32,971 nt of DNA, from the UHGV virus genome UHGV-0159523; one strand, written 5' to 3'. Below are positions 10,945 through 19,963 of this stretch, piece by piece (positions within the stretch are counted from its first letter, which is position 1; each line of letters starts with the position of its first letter). This DNA is from a virus. The notes beneath the pieces are model-generated. The model was given only the letters and a program-made list of their open reading frames with translations. It made no database searches and had not been told where the DNA came from. The translations under genes were made by a program, and so were the position numbers.

Positions 10945-11631
10945 TTAGAAGTTCAGATTTTTCAGTGCATTCAGTGCAGAGCCCACATCCTCAGCGTCGC
11001 GCAGGGACAGTGCGCCATAGCCCCCGGCCATGAATGCTTTGGCCTGGGTACGGGAGAGTCCGACATCACGCAGGACTCTTTCGATTTTTTTCTGTTCGGG
11101 GATTTCCCCGCGGGCCAGCGCGTTCTTGACGTCGCTGATCCGCGCCTCGTCGTTAGACGGAAACGTCACCAGACTGACTTCCCAGAGGTCGATTTCTTTC
11201 AGCAGAAAGGCTTCTTTCGTCCGGTCGTATTCCCAGTCCTTCAGGACGTACCCAATAGAAAGGCCGGTTAACGAACCGGCCTTCATGTGTGCATGTGCGC
11301 GTTTTGCCAGGGGATCATCATCAATGAGCAACCGCCCCCTGACGTAAAGCCCGACATCGTCTTCCTTCATTTCGGTGTAAACACCGATGGGCTCATCCAT
11401 GCGGTGCTGCCAGAGCAGCGCAGGTAACGCTTTTCTGTCACTCCACGCCCGCAGGGAAGCAGCAAATGCCCCGGACATCACCACATCATCGTGACTGTCC
11501 TTTACACCAAAGACGGAGCCATACCCTTCAAACTCACCGGAGTCACTGACAGATTTCAGACTCAGCGGTACATCAAGACGTTGTTTCGTCTGCATTGGCG
11601 TTATCCTTCTGCTTACCGGCTTTACTGCCAT
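10945..11631 (-). CDS. Prohead maturation protease (HK97 family), 228 aa
   Basis: Position between portal and capsid; motif GYGSVFGVKDSHDDVV typical of HK97-type prohead proteases. Confidence 0.8.
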   Translation of the reverse strand: MAVKPVSRRITPMQTKQRLDVPLSLKSVSDSGEFEGYGSVFGVKDSHDDVVMSGAFAASLRAWSDRKALPALLWQHRMDEPIGVYTEMKEDDVGLYVRGRLLIDDDPLAKRAHAHMKAGSLTGLSIGYVLKDWEYDRTKEAFLLKEIDLWEVSLVTFPSNDEARISDVKNALARGEIPEQKKIERVLRDVGLSRTQAKAFMAGGYGALSLRDAEDVGSALNALKNLNF

Positions 11632-12814
11632 CGGAGGGTTTCGTGGTCATGTTCATCGGTGTGAGATAGACATCACCACCGGGACGCGGATTCATATCTT
11701 CCAGGTCGCGGCATTCATTGGGAGAGTAAATTCCCCAGTTGATCCCGGTGGCGTAGGCTTCAAAACGGGACTTCATATCCCCGCGCAGTAACGCCCCGGC
11801 GTTAAATTTGGCGTAATAAACGCCCTGCTTACTTTTTCGTACCAGTCCGGTGTTGATCCGCTGTTCGATGCGGGTCAGATACGGCACCAGTGAATAGTTG
11901 ATAAATCCCAGCCCCAGCTCTTCGATATTGTTGAAGGTGGCGCGATCGGTGTTCTGCACCATGTGCAACGGCACCCGGAACAGACGACAGATTTCTTCAA
12001 GCTGAAACTTGCGGGTTTCCAGGAACTGGCTGTCCTCGGCGTTCAGCGCCATCGACTTCCAGTCCAGCCCCATCTCAAGGATCATCGGGCGGTGAGCATT
12101 GCCAAGCCCGGTGTGACGCTCCTCAAAATCTTTCTTCAGGCGCTCATAAGCCTGATCTGACAGCGTCTGCTCTGTACGCAACACACCCGACGTCACCGCG
12201 CCATTGCTGAACAGTCTGGCCCCGTGTTCTTCGGTCGCTGCCGCCAGCGATATTGCCTCGCGGGCATAGGCGATGGGATTCAGCCCCACCAGTCCGTCCA
12301 GCGTCAGCGTGCGCACATGCCAGATATCCTCCTGGCTCAGTACATCCGTGGAGCCATCCGGGAATGTGACCTGATAGATCGGCTCCCAGCTACTGTTAAG
12401 CTTCGGTACCACACAGCCGGGATCGACGGGCAGCAGTTCAGCCACTTCGCCAAATGCTTTCACTTTGTAGGCGTAAAAGTTTCCCCTCAGGCACAGACAG
12501 GTGACCACCAGCTCCCAGAACTCCTGCGGCGTCATATAGCCATTGGGATGCGTGGAGATCAGCTTATGCAGACGTTCACCAGTGGCTCTCTGTTTCAGGC
12601 TGCCGTTCAGGTGATACAGATTGCAGGGCAACATCCCGACCGACTCTGCCAGCACCCTGACGCAGGAAAAAACCGCCGTCAGTCGCATGGCCCGCTGGCT
12701 GCTGATCTGCTTTCCGGTATAGGTGTCATATGACAGCCCGATAGCATCCGCCAGCTCTGCTGGCGTAGTCACCGGTGCGTCACTTTTTCGTTGAAATAAT
12801 CCCGAAAAGAACAC
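11573..12814 (-). CDS. Portal protein (HK97 family), 413 aa
   Basis: Size, position after terminase large subunit, and conserved portal-like sequence. Confidence 0.85.
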   Translation of the reverse strand: MFFSGLFQRKSDAPVTTPAELADAIGLSYDTYTGKQISSQRAMRLTAVFSCVRVLAESVGMLPCNLYHLNGSLKQRATGERLHKLISTHPNGYMTPQEFWELVVTCLCLRGNFYAYKVKAFGEVAELLPVDPGCVVPKLNSSWEPIYQVTFPDGSTDVLSQEDIWHVRTLTLDGLVGLNPIAYAREAISLAAATEEHGARLFSNGAVTSGVLRTEQTLSDQAYERLKKDFEERHTGLGNAHRPMILEMGLDWKSMALNAEDSQFLETRKFQLEEICRLFRVPLHMVQNTDRATFNNIEELGLGFINYSLVPYLTRIEQRINTGLVRKSKQGVYYAKFNAGALLRGDMKSRFEAYATGINWGIYSPNECRDLEDMNPRPGGDVYLTPMNMTTKPSDGSKAGKQKDNANADETTS

Positions 12815-12996
12815 TATTTACCTCCGCCGACAGACGGCTGTGTACGGTCGAGATATCGCGCCACCAGCCACGACCAGAACAGGCACAACGCCCCGGCAAC
12901 AACAAACCCCGCCGGGGGATAAATCAGCCAGGCACCATACGCCAGCAAAAGCGCCCCCAGCACGCCCACCAGAGGCGCGAGAATCAGCATGATCAT
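12814..12996 (-). CDS. Small putative membrane protein, 60 aa
   Basis: Hydrophobic ORF between TerL and portal; stop overlaps portal start. Confidence 0.3.
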   Translation of the reverse strand: MIMLILAPLVGVLGALLLAYGAWLIYPPAGFVVAGALCLFWSWLVARYLDRTQPSVGGGK

Positions 12997-13007
12997 AATT
13001 ACCTCAG

Positions 13008-14741
13008 TTAAAGCGAGCGGATCCCATAGGACTCAATGTGGTCAGACAGCGTGTCTTCTTTCTCGTACAGCATGGCTCTGCCAACCGCCATAATCAGCGC
13101 CACTGCACCATCGATTTTGTTTTCCGCCTGCTCTTTGACGGGCTTCACCACATCATCGTTACCCGGAATGGTTTTGCCGACCACGTTGCCGATACACCAG
13201 GTCATGATGGGATTGCCATCATGATGAAAGCGCCCCGATTCAATTGCCGCTTCCAGCTCTTTCATCGGGTCGGACATGTTGGTGTAGTTCTGAATGATAG
13301 TGATGGGGTTCAGGTCTTCATCAGCAAGGTCATGTGAGAGCCCGGTCGCCCCGAAGGGGTCGATGGGTGACTCGCTGACCGGGCTGATTTTGTTCGCCGC
13401 TTTGGCCTCTTCGAGGATGTAGCGATAATCCACCTCCGCACCATCGGTAACGGTCAGAACGCCCATTTCCACCCATTTCTGAAAGCGTTCGGCTGTCCGT
13501 CGATCTTCATTTTTCTCGACGCTGTACACCGTGTCATACGGTACCCAGAAACGCGGGGCCACACTGTAGTAATGCGTTTTACCGTCAATCTCGCGGGTAT
13601 AAAGTCGCGCCATGCTGTTCATATCCAGCTTACGCGCCAGGTCAAAGGCCAGAATGCACGGCTGCCCCTCGAACTGCTCAAGGGTCAGTGATTTATCCTC
13701 GCAGCTCTGCCAGCTCACCAGATTGAAATACGCCGAACGCGCCGACACCCAGATATTGAGGTGTTTTGTTTTAAAGACGTTTGCCAGACGGGCGTTATTT
13801 TTCGCACGCTGCTGCTGACTTAACAAAAATTCGCGATAAACCGACACGCCAATATTTGGATTGGCTTTTTCCAGCACCTGCGGGGCGGTCCAGTCGTCAC
13901 CTTCATCAACGGTATAGATGATCCCGAACAGTTCATCGTTAGGCACCGAGCCGTTGAGCATCTCGATGACTTCCCGCCGTTTGTCGTAGCACGGCCCCTC
14001 AATGTTGTACCCGGCGGTAGTGATAGCCCACATCAGTGGCTGACGTCGCGCCCCCATCCCGGTAAGCATCGTGGTGTAAAGCGCATCTGTGGCGTGCTCG
14101 TGATATTCATCCACCACCGCACAGTGGGGTGATGAACCATCACCGGGGTTACCGATCAGCGGTTCAAAACGCGCACCATCCTCCGGACGGTTCATGTTTG
14201 AGGCGTTAACCTCAATCCCGAACGCTTCCGTCAGCATGGGTGTGCGTTTACACATCAGTCTTGCCGGACGAAAGACTTCCCATGCCTGTTTCTCTGTCGT
14301 GGCACCGGAATACACTTCCGCGCCGAACTCGTTATCACAGGCAAAACAATACAGGGCGACACCGGCAGAGATTGCCGATTTGCCGTTCTTACGGGGGATT
14401 TCGGTATACACCTCACGGAAGCGGCGCAGCCGGGAGCCTTTATTGACCCAGCCAAACGCGCAGCAGATCACAAAGAGCTGCCACGGCTCCAGCGTGATGG
14501 GCATCCTCTTAAATGCCCACTCACCCTTGGTGTGCGGCAACAGCTGAATAAATTTGGCGGCCCGTTCAGCCAGGTCCTTGTCGAAGCGGTAACGAAACGA
14601 CTTACTTTTTTCCGCCATCAGGTCATCAAGATGGCGCTGGCAGGCCTGAATCACAAACTGGCAGGCCACAATCTTTCCGCGCACGACATCACGGGCATAC
14701 TGATTGGCAGCATTTACGTTGGGGTAAGATTTCCGGCTCAT
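13008..14741 (-). CDS. Terminase large subunit, 577 aa
   Basis: Walker-A-like PRKNGKS, size, and position after TerS with 4-nt overlap. Confidence 0.9.
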   Translation of the reverse strand: MSRKSYPNVNAANQYARDVVRGKIVACQFVIQACQRHLDDLMAEKSKSFRYRFDKDLAERAAKFIQLLPHTKGEWAFKRMPITLEPWQLFVICCAFGWVNKGSRLRRFREVYTEIPRKNGKSAISAGVALYCFACDNEFGAEVYSGATTEKQAWEVFRPARLMCKRTPMLTEAFGIEVNASNMNRPEDGARFEPLIGNPGDGSSPHCAVVDEYHEHATDALYTTMLTGMGARRQPLMWAITTAGYNIEGPCYDKRREVIEMLNGSVPNDELFGIIYTVDEGDDWTAPQVLEKANPNIGVSVYREFLLSQQQRAKNNARLANVFKTKHLNIWVSARSAYFNLVSWQSCEDKSLTLEQFEGQPCILAFDLARKLDMNSMARLYTREIDGKTHYYSVAPRFWVPYDTVYSVEKNEDRRTAERFQKWVEMGVLTVTDGAEVDYRYILEEAKAANKISPVSESPIDPFGATGLSHDLADEDLNPITIIQNYTNMSDPMKELEAAIESGRFHHDGNPIMTWCIGNVVGKTIPGNDDVVKPVKEQAENKIDGAVALIMAVGRAMLYEKEDTLSDHIESYGIRSL

Positions 14742-15241
14742 GATTCGATGATTTTCAGAAACGGGTTAGTGGCTTTCTTCTTCCCCGCCAGGCCAATCAG
14801 ACGCTGGCGGCTGCTGGGGTCGAGTCCGAGCATTGCCCCCGTACTGCTCATCTCGGACTCCTGTTCTTTTTTGGCGGTCAGCTCCGGATTTTTGACCATA
14901 CCGCCCATTGCACCGGTGATGGTGTTGCCCTGTCTGGCAATATTTTTCACGGCACGTCGCCAGAACTCGTAGGCCACGCACCACCGCTCAAGCACCGCGA
15001 GGTCAGTCACGCACAGCAGGCCCTGACCGCAGAGTTCTTTGGTTGTCAGCTGCCACATGATCGTGGCGAGAGGGAGATTTTCTTCTGCGAACCACTCCGG
15101 TGGCTCAACACCTTTGATGGGCGTAAAAACAGGTTCATCTTTGTTCAGGGCTCGCTTGCCGGGGTTTCCGGCCAGCGCCTTGCGCGCCGTTGGCTTGGGG
15201 CGACGCCCGGAACGCCCCGCCGTTCCAGCCATATGCGGCAC
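14738..15241 (-). CDS. Terminase small subunit (P27 family), 167 aa
   Basis: GNPGKRALN motif characteristic of P27-family small terminase; adjacent HNH endonuclease. Confidence 0.7.
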   Translation of the reverse strand: MPHMAGTAGRSGRRPKPTARKALAGNPGKRALNKDEPVFTPIKGVEPPEWFAEENLPLATIMWQLTTKELCGQGLLCVTDLAVLERWCVAYEFWRRAVKNIARQGNTITGAMGGMVKNPELTAKKEQESEMSSTGAMLGLDPSSRQRLIGLAGKKKATNPFLKIIES

Positions 15242-15357
15242 TCCTGGTTAAATTTCATTTTTCGCGGGTATAAAAAAACGATGGGGCGGGCAGTCCGGAA
15301 GACGTCAGGTCACAGGGATTTGACCCGCCCCTCCCCTCTGGCAGTGGGAACTGGTTC

Positions 15358-15708
15358 TTACTTCAGCCGTTCACGGGCCGTCTTCGCCTTATGACACGGC
15401 CAGCACAGGCTCTGCAGATTACTGTCGGCATCAGAGCCGCCATGCGCTTTAGGGATGATGTGATCAACGGTTTTCGCTTCACGCACCACACCGGCACGCA
15501 GACATAACTGACATAAACCTTTGTCACGTTTCAGCGCACGCGCGCGGATAACGTCCCACTTCGAACCGTAGCCGCGCTGATGACGGGATTGTCCAGGTTT
15601 GTATTGCTTCCAGCCTTCGCTTTTGTGGCTTTCGCAATAACCTGACGGGTCTGTGGTTATAGAGCGGCAGCCGCGAACACGGCAGGCCTTTGGGATTCGT
15701 GGTGGCAT
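15358..15708 (-). CDS. HNH endonuclease (terminase-associated), 116 aa
   Basis: Cys pairs and DHIIPKAHGG...N...LCWPCH motif; location immediately upstream of TerS as in HK97-like cos phages. Confidence 0.8.
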   Translation of the reverse strand: MPPRIPKACRVRGCRSITTDPSGYCESHKSEGWKQYKPGQSRHQRGYGSKWDVIRARALKRDKGLCQLCLRAGVVREAKTVDHIIPKAHGGSDADSNLQSLCWPCHKAKTARERLK

Positions 15709-15919
15709 GGGTGTTCCAAAATAAATAAACGCTAGCGAATTCTAGTAGCTTGAATTGAGTGTGATGGCCAGTACTGAACTTGAATCCGATTCGGTGTCAG
15801 CTTGGTTTTAGGCGATTACGCACAATTTGTTTTCCCTCATCAGACCAGGTTTTTAACCCATCATTATATATATACCCATCACCAAACTACGGCTTCCAGT
15901 AGGTTACTGTGTTTAGCAT

Positions 15920-15947
15920 GAGTATTTTGTGGTATAAGAAAATACTC
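15920..15947 (+). promoter_or_regulatory. Inverted repeat (9-bp arms gagtatttt / aaaatactc) bracketing an extended -10 (TGgTATAAG): candidate promoter/operator of the moron gene
   Basis: Perfect 9-bp arms separated by gtggtataag; TATAAG at 15933-15938 preceded by TGg; about 30 nt upstream of SD GGGAGA and ATG 15968. Confidence 0.4.
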
Positions 15948-15967
15948 AATTCTTGGGAGAAGAAAAC

Positions 15968-16249
15968 ATGCCAAAAATTCAATTTGATGCAAAAAGTGGT
16001 GAAATGAAGGTTGAGGAAGAAATTTCCAAGATCACCATTGATGATAAAGGCTTAGTTAAAGCTGAAGAGTCTGTAGTTAATGGAAATACCGTTAAGTACT
16101 TTGAGTATGAAAATGGTAGCCATATCACTATTACCCAAAAAAACGGATCCTCTGAGATTTCATCTCATAATATCCAGACAACAATAAGCGCTGACCCTGA
16201 AAAGCCTGGTTTTGTGACTATGACTTACAGAATGGGGTCAGGTAGCTAA
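15968..16249 (+). CDS. Moron: small hydrophilic protein of unknown function, 93 aa
   Basis: AT-rich island on the opposite strand between lysis and packaging genes; SD GGGAGA 7 nt upstream of ATG; own promoter-like and terminator-like elements. Confidence 0.5.
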   Translation: MPKIQFDAKSGEMKVEEEISKITIDDKGLVKAEESVVNGNTVKYFEYENGSHITITQKNGSSEISSHNIQTTISADPEKPGFVTMTYRMGSGS

Positions 16250-16278
16250 CTTTCATTTCAACAAGAGCGGAAAATCAA

Positions 16279-16312
16279 AGCGGCTCATATTGAGCTGCTT
16301 TTCATTATTTTC
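16279..16312 (+). terminator. Rho-independent terminator-like hairpin after moron gene
   Basis: agcggctca-tat-tgagctgct stem (one G-U) followed by tttcattattttct. Confidence 0.4.
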
Positions 16313-16519
16313 TGCATCCACACTTTCGCAATGGCCGCGATCATGCCCTTGAGACCATGTGTCAGGGGTATCTCGTGAATCCCTCATAACTAACCGGAAG
16401 CTGACTGGCTATCAGCCTAGAGCACCGGTGCGCTTCTTCCCGTTAACCCTCACCAGTGCGCTCTCAGCTTTTTACCTGAAACTGGCTACCAGCAACTTTG
16501 AGTATTCGGGGCAGCGTCA

Positions 16520-16825
16520 TTACTGCTGCATTGACACTACTTGCTGCGGTCTTTCCGCTTTACAGCTTAATGGCCAGCTCCTCTCTGCCTCAATTTTACG
16601 AATATCAGCTTTATCACTATTACAGGCAGCCAGAGCCGACAACAGACTCACATTCAAATCCAAGCTTCCACCGTAGGTCAATGGATCAGGAATAACCGGT
16701 TGCGGGGTTTCAGCGGTCAGGTTCGCCGGTAGTGGTATCACCGGAACTGGCACGTAAACTGTCCGCGTACCGGCGCAACCGGTCAGCAGCGGCAGCAGGC
16801 ACAGGGCGTAGAGCACAATCATCAT
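16520..16825 (-). CDS. Rz1-like o-spanin (lipoprotein), overlapped architecture
   Basis: ORF in an alternate frame inside and extending beyond Rz; MM start at 16825/16822, lipobox LLTGC, Pro-rich mature region VPVPVIPLP...PQPVIPDP. Confidence 0.45.
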   Translation of the reverse strand: MMIVLYALCLLPLLTGCAGTRTVYVPVPVIPLPANLTAETPQPVIPDPLTYGGSLDLNVSLLSALAACNSDKADIRKIEAERSWPLSCKAERPQQVVSMQQ

Positions 16826-17102
16826 CCGCAACAGCCACTTTGATATCTTCCTGGGTTCTCTGTGACTCCAGTGCGATCTGCTGTTTTGCATGTTGATTCG
16901 CCTCCTGAATGATGTTCGTTATTGCCATAGTACGCAGAACATTCGCGGTGATAGCCTCAGTAGAATCAGCTCGCTGTTCCGCAGCGTCAGCACGCTTCTG
17001 CTCCTCCAGAAACTTTCCGTGGTAGTGATTCGCTGACCAGACAAGACCACCAGCAATACAAGCAATAAACGCTAAAATGAGCGCCCAATAACTCATCTTC
17101 AT
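16710..17102 (-). CDS. Rz-like i-spanin, 130 aa
   Basis: N-terminal TM (YWALILAFIACIAGGLVW), charged coiled-coil periplasmic domain; start overlaps endolysin stop. Confidence 0.65.
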   Translation of the reverse strand: MKMSYWALILAFIACIAGGLVWSANHYHGKFLEEQKRADAAEQRADSTEAITANVLRTMAITNIIQEANQHAKQQIALESQRTQEDIKVAVADDDCALRPVPAAAADRLRRYADSLRASSGDTTTGEPDR

Positions 17103-17713
17103 ACCAGCAGCGCCGCCCGCGCCTTGTTGTATCGAACCTTACGATCCTCAATACCGTTCAGACCGCCGTTAATGATGCGCGTAACACGATTAATATCGGC
17201 ACCGTAGACCATGCAACCTTTAGAGGTGTAGAACCATGCAGCTGAGCGCGCGGCCTGTAGCTCCTGTTCCAGTTGTTCAGGTGAAGTCACCAGATCTAAC
17301 TTCAGCGCCGCGCCACAGATGCGATAATTATGGAGGCCAGTGATTTGAATTAATCCTCTACCACGATATTTCCAGCCATCACCTGGTGCTTTGTTACCCA
17401 GTCGGTTGCTATACACCAGATTGGCAATAGCATCCTGACGAGCTGCATGTCCGGATGTTCTGCCAAGGGCATCAGCCTGCTGCTGTGTGATCCTCTTTCC
17501 GAACGTCGCCACAAGCGCAGATGGTGTGTAGTTAAAATTTTCAACTACGGCGCTAAACCCCATCGACTCATGGCCTACCTGAGCGATAAACATTGCCTGA
17601 TCCGCTGGTGCTGTAATGCCGAATTCCTTCATCGCCGCATCAATGTGCGGAAACCAGCGCGCAGCCAGCCCGGCGCTAATACCAGCCGCCTTTTGAAATA
17701 ATTGTTGGTTCAT
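17099..17713 (-). CDS. Endolysin, glycoside hydrolase family 19 (chitinase-like), 204 aa
   Basis: GH19 motifs FIAQVGHES...GNKAPGDGWKYRGRGLIQITG...NY; located between holin and spanin genes. Confidence 0.85.
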   Translation of the reverse strand: MNQQLFQKAAGISAGLAARWFPHIDAAMKEFGITAPADQAMFIAQVGHESMGFSAVVENFNYTPSALVATFGKRITQQQADALGRTSGHAARQDAIANLVYSNRLGNKAPGDGWKYRGRGLIQITGLHNYRICGAALKLDLVTSPEQLEQELQAARSAAWFYTSKGCMVYGADINRVTRIINGGLNGIEDRKVRYNKARAALLV

Positions 17714-17994
17714 TAGTGCCTCAGATGATCAACCAGACGTGCAACGTTGCCTCTGACAGCCACCAGCACGGAAAGAAAAATAGTGTTCGCCACGATAATG
17801 GGCCATGAGGAATGGGGATAAATCCCACAGAGATAGGCCAACGGAACAGCACTGTATGTAACAGTAATCAGCCAGGCTAAACGTGAAACCCACGGACGAT
17901 GCCGCGAATCACCACGACGATAAAACATCAGAGTAATAACAACACAAGCACATAACAGCGCATTAATAGTTGCTGTCGGGTCATTTAGCTCCAC
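17713..17994 (-). CDS. Small membrane protein in lysis cassette (second holin/antiholin candidate), 93 aa
   Basis: Two to three hydrophobic helices; between holin and endolysin. Confidence 0.45.
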   Translation of the reverse strand: MELNDPTATINALLCACVVITLMFYRRGDSRHRPWVSRLAWLITVTYSAVPLAYLCGIYPHSSWPIIVANTIFLSVLVAVRGNVARLVDHLRH

Positions 17995-18367
17995 CTGAAC
18001 CTCCCCGGCGCGTTATGAGCGCCACCAGCGAGCCGATATCCTGATTATTCAGGAACGTCAGGATTTTAACGGCTAAAGCAGAGACGATTACGGCACCAAT
18101 AGCATCCAGAGGTTTATCACTGTATCCGGTCAAGTTTGCCAGCTTGGAGCCAACCAATCCAGAGCAAAGGATCCCAGCAATATATGACACGATAAAATAT
18201 GCCAGTCGGCGCGATGCACTCAGATCTGCTGCTGTTGCTATATAGAATACAGCCCCTGCAAATGCGCCAAAAACAACGCCGTAATCAGTTCCGGTCAGCA
18301 GTCCATAAATACTAGCGCCCGTTAGGGCTCCACCAGCTAACCCTGTGCCGGAAATCGGATCGGACAT
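17981..18367 (-). CDS. Holin-like membrane protein, 128 aa from ATG 18367
   Basis: Strong SD AGAGGTG 4 nt upstream of ATG at 18365-18367; Gly/Ala-rich TM helices; first gene of lysis cassette. The ORF track's upstream start at 18433 lacks an SD. Confidence 0.55.
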   Translation of the reverse strand: MSDPISGTGLAGGALTGASIYGLLTGTDYGVVFGAFAGAVFYIATAADLSASRRLAYFIVSYIAGILCSGLVGSKLANLTGYSDKPLDAIGAVIVSALAVKILTFLNNQDIGSLVALITRRGGSGGAK

Positions 18368-18415
18368 TAGCCACCTCTTATTGCAGTGAGTCCTCTCAGA
18401 AATAGAAATGAGAGG

Positions 18416-18442
18416 AATAAAAAAGGCCACCATTTGGCAGCC
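18416..18442 (-). terminator. Rho-independent terminator at end of AT-rich cassette (before holin)
   Basis: Minus strand ggctgcc-aaat-ggtggcc hairpin (with G-U pairs) followed by TTTTTTATT. Confidence 0.4.
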
Positions 18443-18475
18443 ATAGAATTGATGTAATTATAACTAATTCATTAA

Positions 18476-19282
18476 CTATTTCTTAATGATGCTATTTAAC
18501 ATTTCTAATGCAAAAAGCAACATGGAGCTAATAAAATACAATATAACCGCACTGGCAATCGCTCCAATTATAGCCTGAACACTCCAGTGAAAGTAATTTT
18601 TACCATTAATAACAAACTTAACACTAGGAAACAAAAAGTCGATAAGCTTAATTATTAATGGAATAGCAAAGCTCCATAAGTTCGAAAACAAAATAAAGAT
18701 ACAAATAAATGATAAAGCAAATGCACCATCGATTGATAGTTTTGGCGCCAGTTTTGAGGCTGTCCATAAGCTAAGCAAAAAGCCAACTGTCACACCTGAA
18801 ATCTGGATACTTAACATAGTCCAAGCTGTTCTAAAAAATCTAAATTTATTTTTGCACTTGTTAAGTAAATCCTGAATCGTAATCCATAACGAGTCAACCC
18901 ACTCATTATCTTCCGATGCTACAATCATTGTGCTGCTATTTGAATTCCTCTCATCAATTCGTAGCTCCATCCAAGATCCATTCATCCTGTTAGACTGTCG
19001 ACTTTGATAAGTTTCAATAGTAAAAATTATTTGATCAATCCTAGTGGCCTGTCTAAAGTATTTCACAAGCTCACCGATAGAATCAACTTTATACCCCTTA
19101 CCATCGAACAAAATAAAAAAAACACATTGAGCACAAACTTCCCTACTTTCCTTTTGAGCTTGCTCATTCATTTTAACGCAGCGTTCGACAATTGCCGTGC
19201 TTAAGCTAATCAAGCTATCTTCATTTATAGAAACACCTGAAATATTCTTGCTTCTGTAAAAATATGACACTTTCGATTCCAC
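18476..19282 (-). CDS. Moron: membrane protein with about 155-aa N-terminal soluble domain and three C-terminal TM helices, 268 aa (GTG start)
   Basis: Long ORF in strongly AT-rich DNA; hydrophobic segments near residues 160-185, 195-227, 240-265; no in-frame upstream ATG before a stop, so GTG at 19282. Confidence 0.55.
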   Translation of the reverse strand: MESKVSYFYRSKNISGVSINEDSLISLSTAIVERCVKMNEQAQKESREVCAQCVFFILFDGKGYKVDSIGELVKYFRQATRIDQIIFTIETYQSRQSNRMNGSWMELRIDERNSNSSTMIVASEDNEWVDSLWITIQDLLNKCKNKFRFFRTAWTMLSIQISGVTVGFLLSLWTASKLAPKLSIDGAFALSFICIFILFSNLWSFAIPLIIKLIDFLFPSVKFVINGKNYFHWSVQAIIGAIASAVILYFISSMLLFALEMLNSIIKK

Positions 19283-19447
19283 TCCGCACCAGTCTCGATT
19301 TGGCGCAGGTTAACATAACCACTTCATTGGTAGAAGAAAAGAACTCTTCTTGTCAGAAAGCTACTGTGATATCCCTAAACCTGCAGATGATACAGAACAA
19401 AATTTAAGCATCAATTGTAGGCGATTTTAAATTCACTTTACAGTTTA

Positions 19448-19465
19448 GGCTGCCAATTGGCAGCC
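19448..19465. repeat. Perfect 18-bp palindrome ggctgccaattggcagcc between the two cassette genes
   Basis: Exact reverse-complement symmetry read directly; 15 bp downstream of the 89-aa gene stop; its right half recurs in the cassette terminator at 18425-18442. Confidence 0.6.
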
Positions 19466-19479
19466 GATTGAAGCAGAAA

Positions 19480-19749
19480 TCAATGAGTGCTCATCGATGA
19501 ATTTTTTTCAGCGCCAATCTCACTCAAAAAAGCAAAACCTTTTGACGTTATCTCATTAGCAATCAATCCACCTTCGGCAGATTTGCTTCGTATAACATCG
19601 ATAAAACCTATATCAGCAAGATCTGAAATAGCAAAATTAACCTCTTTTGCTGAGAGATGAGGTAATGATGTAGCCTGAATTCTAGAATCCTTTGGCTGCA
19701 ATTCATTCACTCGACGTAGTATTTCAAGATGGATAGAGGTCAGTTTCAT
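19480..19749 (-). CDS. Moron: small protein with winged-helix-like C-terminus, 89 aa (candidate regulator)
   Basis: Perfect SD AGGAGA 5 nt before ATG; own extended -10 promoter; pattern DLADIGFIDVIRSKSAEGGLIANEITSKGFAFL resembles wHTH wings. Confidence 0.5.
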   Translation of the reverse strand: MKLTSIHLEILRRVNELQPKDSRIQATSLPHLSAKEVNFAISDLADIGFIDVIRSKSAEGGLIANEITSKGFAFLSEIGAEKNSSMSTH

Positions 19750-19785
19750 AATGTTCTCCTGTCTTTAATGTTGTTTTACAGAAAA

Positions 19786-19795
19786 CATTATAACA
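19786..19795 (-). promoter_or_regulatory. Extended -10 promoter element (TGtTATAAT) for the AT-rich cassette
   Basis: Minus-strand TGTTATAATG about 35 nt upstream of the 89-aa gene ATG, just downstream of the tR'-like terminator. Confidence 0.4.
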
Positions 19796-19830
19796 CATTG
19801 ATTTTGATGTAGATTGAATAGAAAAAAACC

Positions 19831-19856
19831 ATAAAAAAACCTCGCAATAGCGAGGT
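19831..19856 (-). terminator. tR'-like rho-independent terminator in the late leader downstream of Q
   Basis: Minus strand acctcgc-tatt-gcgaggt perfect 7-bp stem followed by TTTTTTAT and a second T-run. Confidence 0.5.
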
Positions 19857-19963
19857 CGTAAAAATTGTTCAACGATAGATACACAAGCCCCATCGTTGAG
19901 AAAATCTTATCCATATTTTTTGAGAAACACAAGTATTATGTCGTTATCTTCGGCGAAAATCGC

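Noticed and set aside
16359-16676. Plus-strand 105-aa ORF across the Rz/Rz1 3' region
   Set aside because: Overlaps the spanin genes on the opposite strand and has no recognisable start context; likely spurious.
18476-19749. Toxin or Shiga-toxin-like cargo at the Q-holin position
   Set aside because: The position is where stx genes occur in Stx phages, but the encoded proteins (89-aa wHTH-like and 268-aa 3-TM protein) show no resemblance to A/B toxin subunits; retained as an unknown cassette instead.
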